A stretch of 64,000 bases of DNA from Cyclobacteriaceae bacterium (GCA_965242775.1 CBDETI010000027.1:240422-304421); one strand, 5' to 3'. Positions 39,876 to 49,232 are shown, counted from the stretch's first letter. Numbers and translations: made by a program. The notes: generated by a model not told the origin, from the letters alone.

Positions 39876-39903
39876 TTATTAGAATAGAATATTATTCTAA
39901 TAA
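39876..39903. promoter_or_regulatory. palindromic operator candidate (Lrp/BkdR-type) upstream of the bkd E1 gene
   Basis: Perfect 11-bp inverted repeat TTATTAGAATA-N6-TATTCTAATAA. The nested 15-mer TAGAATATTATTCTA (39885-39899) fits YAGHAWATTWTDCTR at all 15 positions. There is an extra half-site TTAGAATA at 39843-39850. Confidence 0.55.
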
Positions 39904-40021
39904 AGGATCATCATTGAAACATATTATCTGTAAAAATTCGATATCGCAGTTATATACGCCATATTTGTTAAATTAATAGAATGTTTGTCTGTATCAGGCT
40001 TGCGTTTTTTAATTCAATCTT

Positions 40022-42091
40022 ATGGTAGAAGTTGATCAGGAAGTAGACAAAGCAGTCGCAAAGGAGGGATTTTTTCGCATGTGCTTAGCCAAGTCCATGG
40101 CTGAGCTTTATGAGGCAGAATTTCAAACGGTTTCCAAGTATGTCCACGCTACAGCAAGGGGCCACGAGGCCATCCAGTTGGCGGCCGCTTTGCAGATGCA
40201 GCCACAGGATTATTTGTATCCTTACTACCGGGATGACGCCATGTTGCTGGGCATCGGCATGGAGCCTTATCATCTGATGCTCCAATTGCTTGCTAAGAAA
40301 GAAGATCCTTTTAGTGGTGGCAGAACCTATTATTCTCACCCAAGCCTCAATGATCCCGACAAACCTAAAATACCCCACCAATCTTCTGCAACTGGTATGC
40401 AGGCAATCCCAGCGACGGGAGCGGCTATGGGGCTCCAATACAAGGAAGAGGTTATGGGGTCAGAGGGAGACCAGGCGCCCCTCGTACTGTGCTCACTAGG
40501 AGATGCTTGCGTAACTGAAGGAGAGGTCTCAGAAGCCTTCCAGATGGCTGCGCTTAGGCAATTGCCCATTCTCTACCTGGTACAGGATAACGAGTGGGAT
40601 ATCTCGGCGAGTGCAGACGAAATTCGAGCCCAAGATGCATTTGAATACGCCAGAGGGTTCAATGGATTGGAGGCTATAACTATTGACGGAACCAATTTCC
40701 TGGAAAGCTACCAGCAATTGCAGGAAGTGATTCAAACGATCCGAAATGAACGTCGACCATTCCTGGTCCATGCAACAGTGCCACTATTGAACCACCACAC
40801 GTCCGGTGTAAGAAAGGAATGGTACCGAGACGACCTGGAAGAACATCAAGCCCGGGACCCGTACCCCAGGTTGAGAGCTGAAATGAAAGCGCTGGGTTAT
40901 TCCGAGAAAGAAGTAAAGGCGCTTGAGAAAGAGGCCAGGGACAAGGTGCGATCAGATTATGAAAAAGCCCTGCAAGCGCCAGATCCTACCCCAGCAGATC
41001 TGTTCACACATGACTATGCACCCACAGCTATCACCAACGAAGCCGGAGAGCGAAAACCCAAAGGAGCGGAAAAAACTGTCATGGTAGATTGCGCCCTTCA
41101 TGCTGTTGAAGAACTGATGAAAAACCCGGAATGTCTTCTTTACGGGCAGGATGTTGGCGGCAGGCTGGGTGGTGTTTTCAGGGAAGCGGCCACCCTGGCA
41201 CAAAAGTTTGGCGATACCCGTGTTTTTAATACACCCATCCAGGAGGCATTTATCGTGGGCTCTACAGTCGGTATGTCCGCCGTGGGCCTCAAGCCTATTG
41301 TTGAGGTACAGTTTGCAGATTACATCTGGCCAGGGCTCAATCAACTCTTCACGGAAGCGAGCAGATCATGCTATTTGAGTGATGGTAAGTGGCCCGTGAG
41401 TATGATTTTGCGAGTTCCAATTGGTGCCTATGGTAGCGGTGGACCCTATCACTCGTCCAGTGTCGAAACAGTAGTGGCCAATATACGAGGTGTGAAAATT
41501 GCCTATCCAAGTAATGGTGCGGATCTCAAGGGGTTGATGAAGGCGGCTTACCACGACCCCAATCCGGTTGTGATTTTTGAACACAAAGGACTCTACTGGT
41601 CCAAGGTGCCCGGGACGAATTTTGCTAAAACCCATGAGCCTGCCGAAGATTACATATTGCCTTTTGGCAAGGCGAATGTTGTCCAGCAAGTATCCGAGGA
41701 GGCTCTGGAGGAAAGTACTGCACTAACCATTGTGACGTATGGAATGGGTGTACATTGGGCGCTGAATGCTTCAAAGAGATTTAAAGGGCAGGTAGAGATT
41801 GTCGACCTTCGCACGCTGAATCCGCTAGACGAGGCTACGGTTTTTGCTTCGGTCCGAAAAACCAATCGTTGCATTGTGCTGACCGAGGAACCTCGAAGTA
41901 ACTCGTTTGCGCTGGCATTGGCAGGTACTATTCAGGAAAATTGCTTCAAATCCCTTGATGCACCGGTGCTGACCATGGGTGCCGAAAGCCTTCCTGCAAT
42001 CCCACTCAACAGTACCCTGGAGCAAACCATGCTACCTTCGGCGGAGAAGCTGGAAACGAAAATTGAAGAATTGCTTGGTTTTTGGAAATAG
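40022..42091 (+). CDS. fused E1 alpha-beta component of a (branched-chain) 2-oxoacid dehydrogenase, TPP-dependent
   Basis: 689 aa. The N-terminal half is E1-alpha-like and the C-terminal half is transketolase-like E1-beta (FNTPIQEAFIVG, PIVEVQFADYIW). Confidence 0.85.
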   Translation: MVEVDQEVDKAVAKEGFFRMCLAKSMAELYEAEFQTVSKYVHATARGHEAIQLAAALQMQPQDYLYPYYRDDAMLLGIGMEPYHLMLQLLAKKEDPFSGGRTYYSHPSLNDPDKPKIPHQSSATGMQAIPATGAAMGLQYKEEVMGSEGDQAPLVLCSLGDACVTEGEVSEAFQMAALRQLPILYLVQDNEWDISASADEIRAQDAFEYARGFNGLEAITIDGTNFLESYQQLQEVIQTIRNERRPFLVHATVPLLNHHTSGVRKEWYRDDLEEHQARDPYPRLRAEMKALGYSEKEVKALEKEARDKVRSDYEKALQAPDPTPADLFTHDYAPTAITNEAGERKPKGAEKTVMVDCALHAVEELMKNPECLLYGQDVGGRLGGVFREAATLAQKFGDTRVFNTPIQEAFIVGSTVGMSAVGLKPIVEVQFADYIWPGLNQLFTEASRSCYLSDGKWPVSMILRVPIGAYGSGGPYHSSSVETVVANIRGVKIAYPSNGADLKGLMKAAYHDPNPVVIFEHKGLYWSKVPGTNFAKTHEPAEDYILPFGKANVVQQVSEEALEESTALTIVTYGMGVHWALNASKRFKGQVEIVDLRTLNPLDEATVFASVRKTNRCIVLTEEPRSNSFALALAGTIQENCFKSLDAPVLTMGAESLPAIPLNSTLEQTMLPSAEKLETKIEELLGFWK

Positions 42092-42117
42092 TGGTTCGCC
42101 CATTTGCGAACCACTTT
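42091..42117. terminator. hairpin between convergent bkd E1 and blaR1-like genes
   Basis: Perfect 9-bp stem GTGGTTCGC / GCGAACCAC with a 6-nt loop and a short T tract. Confidence 0.55.
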
Positions 42118-42137
42118 GAAGTTGCACTAAGTTCGAT

Positions 42138-43535
42138 TTACTCCTCTGGCATGTATTGCATTGGGTTCACACGTTTTTCACCCTTGAGTACTTCGTAGTG
42201 TAGGTGTGGAGCCGTGGATCTGCCTGAATTACCACTTTTGCCAATGATATCGCCCCTTTTTACTAGCTCTCCTTTCTCCACACTTATTTCGGAAAGCTGG
42301 GCGTAGTACGTTTGGAAAACGCCACCATGATCTATGCTGATCAATTTTCCGTAGCCGCCTGTTTTGTCTTGAGTCCGTACCACTACGCCATCGGCAGTGG
42401 CTAGCACCGTAGTGCCAATCGGACAAGCGAAATCGACTCCAAAGTGCCATTTCATTTTATGATCAAAAGGATCTTTTCGTTCGCCAAAGCCTGAAGACAT
42501 CCTCGTATTTTGGGTTTGCCCCAGCGGAAAAATTGAGGGCGTAAATGAATTCTGATCGAAGGTCCATGCCGAAAACTGTGGCGCAAGTGCCGGTTCTTTC
42601 GGCCAGAGAGTTTCGGACTCATTGCGTCCTTTTACTTCTCGATTGGAGAATGCAAAAATCATCAAGCACAAGAGGGGTAATAGGACCAAATAACTTAACC
42701 TCCATCTTTTCTTTTCCATGTTCATCATAATAATACGTTTTTTAAGGGTTTGAACATTGAAATGACTCACCAACAATGAGTTGTAAGCAGAGGAAGCCGT
42801 TACAAAGAGTGCTTCCTGATAAACAGATTTATCAACAGCATCATCTAATAGTACGGCCTCGTCAGCCTGGTACTCATGAATTTCCATGAGCGCATTTCGA
42901 TACAAGTACATGAAGGGATTGAACCAAAACAGCGAAACAAGGAAATTTAACAGCAGCCGATCCCAGGAATGCAGCTGCTTGACATGCGCACACTCATGCG
43001 CTAAGATTTTCTGGAAGACCTCCGATTCGAATAAGCTCGCAGGTAAGAATATGTTGGACAGAAAACTAAAAGGTGGCGTGTCCCGAGTTCGGTACAGGGC
43101 ATACCATGTCCGATCCATTGGCTCGGCTCGTGTTTTCATCAGCAATAGCCGCCTCAAATTCCAAACAAATCGGATCAACAGCACTCCCGTGATCAACACA
43201 TACAACCAAATCACGATATGGGTAAAAGTTTTAATAAACCCCTCAATGGTCATATTCGAACTTAAATCTTTGATTTCATGCAAGGCAGTCGCCGCTGACA
43301 TGGCAGATACCTCTAATGGCTCTTCCTCTCTGGTGAGGTTACTAAAGTCTGCCGATTGTATCGCGTCCGGTAAGCTGACCAGGGGGATGACAAAAGCGGC
43401 AGAGAGTGTGGCGAGAAGATAGAATCGATTTAAATGGTGATACCCTGTCTTGCTGAGAATCAACTTATAAAAAGCGAAAAGGAATGCCTGTATCGCAAGA
43501 ACCTTGACCAGATACATGGTAGTAACTACAATCAC
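42138..43535 (-). CDS. BlaR1-like M56 metalloprotease signal transducer fused to a C-terminal M23 peptidase domain
   Basis: HECAHVKQLH (HExxH, M56), TM helices, and C-terminal M23 motifs HFGVDFA and APHLHYEV. Confidence 0.8.
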   Translation of the reverse strand: MIVVTTMYLVKVLAIQAFLFAFYKLILSKTGYHHLNRFYLLATLSAAFVIPLVSLPDAIQSADFSNLTREEEPLEVSAMSAATALHEIKDLSSNMTIEGFIKTFTHIVIWLYVLITGVLLIRFVWNLRRLLLMKTRAEPMDRTWYALYRTRDTPPFSFLSNIFLPASLFESEVFQKILAHECAHVKQLHSWDRLLLNFLVSLFWFNPFMYLYRNALMEIHEYQADEAVLLDDAVDKSVYQEALFVTASSAYNSLLVSHFNVQTLKKRIIMMNMEKKRWRLSYLVLLPLLCLMIFAFSNREVKGRNESETLWPKEPALAPQFSAWTFDQNSFTPSIFPLGQTQNTRMSSGFGERKDPFDHKMKWHFGVDFACPIGTTVLATADGVVVRTQDKTGGYGKLISIDHGGVFQTYYAQLSEISVEKGELVKRGDIIGKSGNSGRSTAPHLHYEVLKGEKRVNPMQYMPEE

Positions 43536-43903
43536 TTCCTTTTTTCAATTTGTTCATCAATCAACTTCCGAATTTCCTGGAGGTCCTGGACGGAGAGATC
43601 CTCCTGACTGGTAAAGAAGGAGGCGAACTGTTTCGTAGAGTTATCAAAAAAATTGCTTACAAGTCCTTTGATCGATTGACGCGTATATTTTTGTTTAGAC
43701 ACGAGCGGGAAGTACTGTCTTGATTTCCCATGTGTATTAAATCCGATAAAGCCCTTTTTTACCAAGACATTCACCACAGTAGATATGGTGGTATAAGCGG
43801 GGGCGGGAGTGGGATACCGCTCTACTATCTCTTTCAAATATGCTTTCTCCAGGAGCCAGAGGTAATGCATAAGTTGTTCCTCTGCTTTGGTCAATTCCTT
43901 CAT
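43532..43903 (-). CDS. BlaI/MecI/CopY-family transcriptional repressor
   Basis: Winged-helix MKELTKAEEQLMHYLW...YTTISTVVNVLVKKGF. Its stop overlaps the blaR1-like start (ATGA). Confidence 0.85.
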   Translation of the reverse strand: MKELTKAEEQLMHYLWLLEKAYLKEIVERYPTPAPAYTTISTVVNVLVKKGFIGFNTHGKSRQYFPLVSKQKYTRQSIKGLVSNFFDNSTKQFASFFTSQEDLSVQDLQEIRKLIDEQIEKRK

Positions 43904-43914
43904 AAATGCAATAC

Positions 43915-43930
43915 TATAACTATAGTTATA
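43915..43930. promoter_or_regulatory. perfect 16-bp palindrome, candidate BlaI auto-operator
   Basis: TATAACTATAGTTATA lies 12 nt upstream of the blaI-like ATG. Confidence 0.45.
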
Positions 43931-44129
43931 ATAATACAACTATTTTCATAATAATGATGGTAGAAGTGCAGAAATAATACTGAATTGCGATCTCCTCAAG
44001 TATCAGGTGAGCCATTCCAATACTTCTGGTTATAGACCACTCATCAGGCAGTGTTAACCACTTGGATAAAAGCATCGGTAGAGCGAAAGGATTGGAGGGT
44101 TTAAAAAGTGCGAACTCAATCCAAAAACT

Positions 44130-45260
44130 ATGAAACTCAAACAATTACTATTTGCGGGGGCATTTTGTGCCTTTTTTTCAGTAACAGCGCAGCTTAGCCT
44201 GCCACCAAATGGTGCTAACCAAAAAAGTGTTGTCAGACAATACATTGGCTCGGTAGCCTTTGTGGAAATCACGTATAACAGTCCCGATGTAGCCGGACGA
44301 GAGGACCAGATATGGGGTACAGTGGTGCCCTATGGTCTCAATCCTTTTGGCTTTGGTACCAGTACTCCTGACAACCCATCACCTTGGCGTGCCGGGGCTA
44401 ATGAAAACACGACCATCGAGTTTTCGACCGATGTGAAAGTGCAGGGTAAGGACATAAAAGCCGGAAAATACGGCTTTCATGTGATTGCTCAGGAAAGTGG
44501 CCCATGGACGCTCATTTTCGTTTCGGAAACTAATGCTTGGGGCAGTTTCTTCTACACACCTGACCAGGATGTGTTGAGAGTGGAAGCTACTCCGGAGGAA
44601 GTGGGCATGCATGAGTACCTTACTTATGAATTTGTGGACAGAAAAGCAGATCAGACCACAGTGGCTTTGATTTGGGAAAAGAAGAAGGTGCCATTCACCA
44701 TTGAAGTGCCAAACAATAATGAGGTGATACTCGCGCAAGTCGAAAGCGAACTCAACGGGCAGCGGGGATTTAACTTTGTGAGCTGGACGCAGGCAGCGAA
44801 TTGGGCTTCCAATGCGGGCTATCACGACAAGGCCCTGGCTTGGGCTGAAAATGCGATTAGCGCACCTTTTATAGGTCAGAGCAATTACAACACCATTTCC
44901 ACCAAGGCTAATGTGCAATTTAACAAAGGAGATACCGATGCCGCACTCGCCACAATGCAGGAAGCTATGGAGCATCCGACGGCCACATCGGGACAAATAC
45001 ATCAGTATGGTCGTCGTTTGGTCGGCCAGGATATGGACGAAAAAGCCCTTGAAGTATTTAAGTACAACCACAAAAGATTCGAAGGTGTCTGGCCAACCAA
45101 TTATGGTTTGGCCCGAGGATACTCGGCAGTGGGTAACTACAAGCAAGCTATTAAGTATTTGAAACTTGCGAAGGCCAACATCCCAGCGGGGGATACGGTC
45201 AACGGACCTATCATCGACACGAATCTTGAGAAATTAGAGAACGGCGAGGACATCAACTAA
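44130..45260 (+). CDS. secreted DUF2911-like protein with C-terminal TPR-like repeats
   Basis: Signal peptide. The N-terminal region resembles DUF2911 (VEITYNSPDV.GR...WG.VVPYG..WRAGANE.T). Helical repeats at the C-terminus. Confidence 0.55.
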   Translation: MKLKQLLFAGAFCAFFSVTAQLSLPPNGANQKSVVRQYIGSVAFVEITYNSPDVAGREDQIWGTVVPYGLNPFGFGTSTPDNPSPWRAGANENTTIEFSTDVKVQGKDIKAGKYGFHVIAQESGPWTLIFVSETNAWGSFFYTPDQDVLRVEATPEEVGMHEYLTYEFVDRKADQTTVALIWEKKKVPFTIEVPNNNEVILAQVESELNGQRGFNFVSWTQAANWASNAGYHDKALAWAENAISAPFIGQSNYNTISTKANVQFNKGDTDAALATMQEAMEHPTATSGQIHQYGRRLVGQDMDEKALEVFKYNHKRFEGVWPTNYGLARGYSAVGNYKQAIKYLKLAKANIPAGDTVNGPIIDTNLEKLENGEDIN

Positions 45261-45288
45261 TGGTATAATTCAGCAAAAGTTAACCAAA

Positions 45289-45317
45289 GACCCGCTTCGG
45301 CGGGTTTTTTCTTTTTT
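45289..45317 (+). terminator. rho-independent terminator
   Basis: GACCCGC-TTCG-GCGGGT stem-loop followed by TTTTTTCTTTTTT. Confidence 0.8.
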
Positions 45318-45355
45318 GCAGGTTGGGTAATTTTAATAGTTGAAATTGACCCAAT

Positions 45356-45781
45356 ATGAAAATATTATTCACATTGATGTTTTCGCTCATAGTGCTTGTG
45401 AGCTACGCTCAGGAGTTTTATGGGCAACCCTTCTCTCCGGAAAGCCCGATGGAATCCATCGCCGCTGACACGGAGGTCGCTGTGCAATTGAAAGGAACTA
45501 TCGAAAGCACCTGCCAGGTCAAGGGCTGTTGGATGAAAATAAGCCTGAAGGATGGTACCAACTTACGGGTTAGCTTCAAGGATTATGGCTTCTTTGTGCC
45601 TAAAAGTGGTGCAGAGGGTAAGGAGACAGTCGTAAACGGGTTCTTGTCCAAGAAGGAGGTATCCGTTGCTCAGCTCAGACACTATGCCGAAGACGCTGGA
45701 AAATCTCAGGAAGAAATCGAAAAAATTAATGAGCCCAAGGTTGAATACGCCTTCGTTGCGGACGGAGTACTGATTAAGTGA
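45356..45781 (+). CDS. secreted DUF4920-like protein
   Basis: Signal peptide and a CQVKGCWM motif. Confidence 0.5.
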   Translation: MKILFTLMFSLIVLVSYAQEFYGQPFSPESPMESIAADTEVAVQLKGTIESTCQVKGCWMKISLKDGTNLRVSFKDYGFFVPKSGAEGKETVVNGFLSKKEVSVAQLRHYAEDAGKSQEEIEKINEPKVEYAFVADGVLIK

Positions 45782-45790
45782 GGGCGGCTG

Positions 45791-46285
45791 TCAGTTTCCA
45801 GCAAAGAAAGGTTTAGGGGTTTCATCATTCGCATTTTGGACAAACCACGTGATGCGATGCCTCTGAGGCATTCTTTTCGTTACCTCATGGTTGTCCCGAT
45901 CGTACCAAACTGCGTCAAAGGTGCCATTGGTATCGATGATCACACGCCATTCCTCTTTTAAATTCTTATTCTCAAAGGTTCCCGCGCGATCCTCCCATTC
46001 AATGCCTCCAAATACCTGAGGATCCAGATGAAAAAGCACGTCCTGCTCATTCATGATCGCTATCCACGTTGGTTCGCTGATATGTTCTATGCTCTTGTTA
46101 TCCCTTTTCCATCCCCAGGCTATTTTGACATTCTTCCCTTGCCTGATATTTTGGATCAGTTGATCTTTGGATCCGGCGATTACTTCACCTTTTTCATTGA
46201 TACGGAGCACCGGTTGCCAACCTTGAGCAAGCAAAATTTGACAGGAAAATAACACCAGCGACAAAATGAGGATACGAGTTTTCAT
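45791..46285 (-). CDS. hypothetical secreted protein
   Basis: The signal peptide MKTRILILSLVLFSCQILLAQG begins at ATG 46285. Confidence 0.5.
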   Translation of the reverse strand: MKTRILILSLVLFSCQILLAQGWQPVLRINEKGEVIAGSKDQLIQNIRQGKNVKIAWGWKRDNKSIEHISEPTWIAIMNEQDVLFHLDPQVFGGIEWEDRAGTFENKNLKEEWRVIIDTNGTFDAVWYDRDNHEVTKRMPQRHRITWFVQNANDETPKPFFAGN

Positions 46286-46306
46286 TAGGTTCGAATTTTC
46301 AAAGGA

Positions 46307-46936
46307 ATGTCCGTGACCAATACTACAACATACATCGAAAAGATCATCAGTCAATTTCCGACCATTGCGACAGACCGTCGACTGCTTTTGACAGAAATGG
46401 CTACTTACATCTCGTCAGGGTGCAATGAGGGAAAGCCGGTAAACTTGGTCTTTATATGTACTCATAACAGCCGCAGGAGCCATTTTGGACAAATCTGGGC
46501 CCAGGTGGCGGCTGCTCACTTCGGCCTGAAGGGTGTCAATACATTTTCGGGAGGCACTGAAGCTACCGCCTTTCATCCCAACGCGGTGGCGGCAGTCAGA
46601 CGCGCGGGGCTGATGGTAGAGCAGATGGGCGAAACGAATAATCCAAAATATCGAATCACCGATACGGCTACCGACACGATACTGCCGGTGTGGTCTAAGC
46701 TGTTTGATGATTCTTCCAATCCTGGTAAGGACTTTGCCGCAATCATGACCTGCTCCTCGGCAGATGAGGCCTGCCCAATTATACCGGGCGCGGCTACAAG
46801 GATTGCCTTGACTTTCGAGGATCCGAAGGTTTCAGATGGCACCCCTCAGGAGTCAACTGTCTACGATCTCAGGTGTCTACAGATTGCTACAGAAATTTTT
46901 TATGCTTTTCGTTTAGCCCAAACTAGTGTTTCTTAG
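46307..46936 (+). CDS. low-molecular-weight phosphotyrosine phosphatase / ArsC-type reductase family protein
   Basis: CX5R(S) P-loop VFICTHNSRRSH, and a later C...C pair (MTCSSADEAC). Confidence 0.75.
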   Translation: MSVTNTTTYIEKIISQFPTIATDRRLLLTEMATYISSGCNEGKPVNLVFICTHNSRRSHFGQIWAQVAAAHFGLKGVNTFSGGTEATAFHPNAVAAVRRAGLMVEQMGETNNPKYRITDTATDTILPVWSKLFDDSSNPGKDFAAIMTCSSADEACPIIPGAATRIALTFEDPKVSDGTPQESTVYDLRCLQIATEIFYAFRLAQTSVS

Positions 46937-46959
46937 CTGTTGGTTGTCTCAATATAGCT

Positions 46960-47676
46960 ATGAACCACGTTATCTCTAAGATCACCTTCGTATTCTCCTT
47001 AGCTATGCCAATGCTGTCCGTTGGCCAGGTAATCGATACTTTGGACAATGGCGGAACGCTGGAAATTCATGACAAGATCCCGATAGATCAAAAAAGATAT
47101 GAAGGCATCAAAAGGAGCCCCTACCTATACAAGGAATTTGTGACGGGCCGTGTCTTTGACTCCAGGGAAAAATATTGGATACCCATTAGACTTAATTATA
47201 ACGGCTTTAGTGGTGAATTTGAATTTATGCATCGCGGCCAGGCCACTGAGCTCAATGATAACCACTATAGCAAAATCGTGATGGTCAGCCAGGCGTTCAA
47301 TCCCGCCTACTCGCCACGGTACATGAGCGATAGCACAGTTTTTCTAAAGGGAGTTCACCCAAAATCGGAGGATAGGTTCTTTGCGGAGGTGGTGGCGGGA
47401 CCGTACTGGGCCATTCTCAAATCCTTTGAAATTGACTTGATTAACAGAAAAATTGAGGACGTGGGTAAAACCCTGGAACTAAATAGCTTCGCCCCTCGAT
47501 TTCGTTACTATTTGGTGCGAAATGGTAAAGTCACCGACCTGAAGCTTACCAGGAAATCACTCCTCAACTTCGTGGGAGACCGTCAGCAGGTCATTGACTA
47601 CATGAAGAAGGAGAAAATAAAAGGAGACAAGGAAGTGGATTGGGTGCGTGTGCTGACACTTCCACGAACCGAATAA
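46960..47676 (+). CDS. hypothetical secreted protein
   Basis: Signal peptide. No recognised motif. Confidence 0.45.
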   Translation: MNHVISKITFVFSLAMPMLSVGQVIDTLDNGGTLEIHDKIPIDQKRYEGIKRSPYLYKEFVTGRVFDSREKYWIPIRLNYNGFSGEFEFMHRGQATELNDNHYSKIVMVSQAFNPAYSPRYMSDSTVFLKGVHPKSEDRFFAEVVAGPYWAILKSFEIDLINRKIEDVGKTLELNSFAPRFRYYLVRNGKVTDLKLTRKSLLNFVGDRQQVIDYMKKEKIKGDKEVDWVRVLTLPRTE

Positions 47677-47743
47677 ATAGGAAAACCTGTATTTTTTCAT
47701 TATTTTGTAGTTGCCAGTTGTGGGATCTGGACATCCGGATTTT

Positions 47744-49210
47744 ATGACCACCAACTTTGAACATCAACTCCTAAAACAGAAGGAACAAAGGCAATTTCTG
47801 TATAGAAAATTTACGCTGTGGCTCATAGCCATTGCTGTGATAATCACCGCATATTACCTCATATTTTATGCTTATGTCGGCTTAGACGCCTTGGTTCTAC
47901 CAGCAGTTGTATTTTGTTTTTTGTTTGCGGGACTAGGAGTCGCAGTGCTCCGGGGAGCCAATCTGTTTTTGGCGTTTCGTCTTTATATCACGATCACATT
48001 TATTGCCTTTCTGTTTGAAATCTTGTACACTGGCGGATTGAAAAGTAGTGTGGTCCCACACCTCATCTACGTTCCGTTGCTCAGCTTATTCTATGGTAAA
48101 AGGAAGGACTTGGTTTTCTTTTTCTTGCTGACCTTAGTAGCCGTTCTGTCCCTGTTTACATACCAGTGTATATTGGATAATCCAGTGACCAATTTTCTTC
48201 AGGATGAGGAAATGGTACTTGTATTCAATTTCACGAATTACCTGTTTATTCTTTTAGCCGTTTTGCCCTTGGCATTCTTCTTCAAATATGAATTGAGGAA
48301 AACGAACAAAAGCCTGAAGCAATCTATATTAGATCAGCAACGGACCTATGACCAGCTACTGCATAAAGAAAAATTAGCGTCAATTGGTCAGCTGACGGCA
48401 GGTGTGGCACATGAGGTGAATAATCCTGCTCACTACTTGCAACTAGGCTCACAACAATTACTCGGTGAATTTCACCAACTGAAAGAGTATTTGCGATTCC
48501 AGGAGCAGGCCTTAAAAGAAATGAGCAATGGAAGTCACCATTCGGCCGCACAATCCGAGTGGCAGGAAAAGGTAGCCGACAAAAAGAAATCGCTGCTAAT
48601 AGAGGAGCTCATGTCGGAAACAGAAAGCAATCTCAATATTATCAATGATGGCGCCCAGCGAATTGCTGATATTGTTAAGACCCTCAATACCTTTTCCAGG
48701 AAAGATGAGGTTTTCACTGGTACCTACGACATGCATCAGGGAATCGACTCGACCCTCCGCCTGCTTAAGAATGAATGGATTTCAAGGATCGATGTACAAA
48801 AAAAGTTTGGGGTGATTCCTGCGATTGAATGTAATCCTGGAAATATTAATCAGGTGATTTTCAATGTCATTTCCAATGGAATCCAGTCGATCCCGGACAA
48901 GGGCCAAATCACAATTAGTACCCGACTGGTGGAAGGAGGTGAACATGAGGTGATGTTGACCATCGCCGATACGGGCCAGGGGATCCCTTCCAAGGATTTA
49001 GCTTCGATTTTTGACCCTTTCTTTACAACTAAGGAGATTGGTGAGGGCACAGGACTTGGCCTGGCTATCAGCAAAAGAATAATTGAGAATCATGGTGGAA
49101 AGATCAGTGTGGAAAGCGAGGAAGGCCAAGGTACTACTTTCAATATTTTGCTGCCTGTAACTCAAAGCTCCGAAGGACTCAGAAATCTGAGCCTGAAGCA
49201 GGTGGTGTGA
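47744..49210 (+). CDS. membrane sensor histidine kinase
   Basis: Multi-TM N-terminus, H-box AGVAHEVNNP, N box (VISNGIQS), G1 DTGQGI, G2 GTGLGLAI. Confidence 0.85.
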   Translation: MTTNFEHQLLKQKEQRQFLYRKFTLWLIAIAVIITAYYLIFYAYVGLDALVLPAVVFCFLFAGLGVAVLRGANLFLAFRLYITITFIAFLFEILYTGGLKSSVVPHLIYVPLLSLFYGKRKDLVFFFLLTLVAVLSLFTYQCILDNPVTNFLQDEEMVLVFNFTNYLFILLAVLPLAFFFKYELRKTNKSLKQSILDQQRTYDQLLHKEKLASIGQLTAGVAHEVNNPAHYLQLGSQQLLGEFHQLKEYLRFQEQALKEMSNGSHHSAAQSEWQEKVADKKKSLLIEELMSETESNLNIINDGAQRIADIVKTLNTFSRKDEVFTGTYDMHQGIDSTLRLLKNEWISRIDVQKKFGVIPAIECNPGNINQVIFNVISNGIQSIPDKGQITISTRLVEGGEHEVMLTIADTGQGIPSKDLASIFDPFFTTKEIGEGTGLGLAISKRIIENHGGKISVESEEGQGTTFNILLPVTQSSEGLRNLSLKQVV

Positions 49211-49232
49211 TCATTACTACTGATAAAGAATG

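Noticed and set aside
44379-45146. 255-aa minus-strand ORF
   Set aside because: It is antisense to the DUF2911-like gene, which has a signal peptide and family motifs. The ORF has no features of its own.
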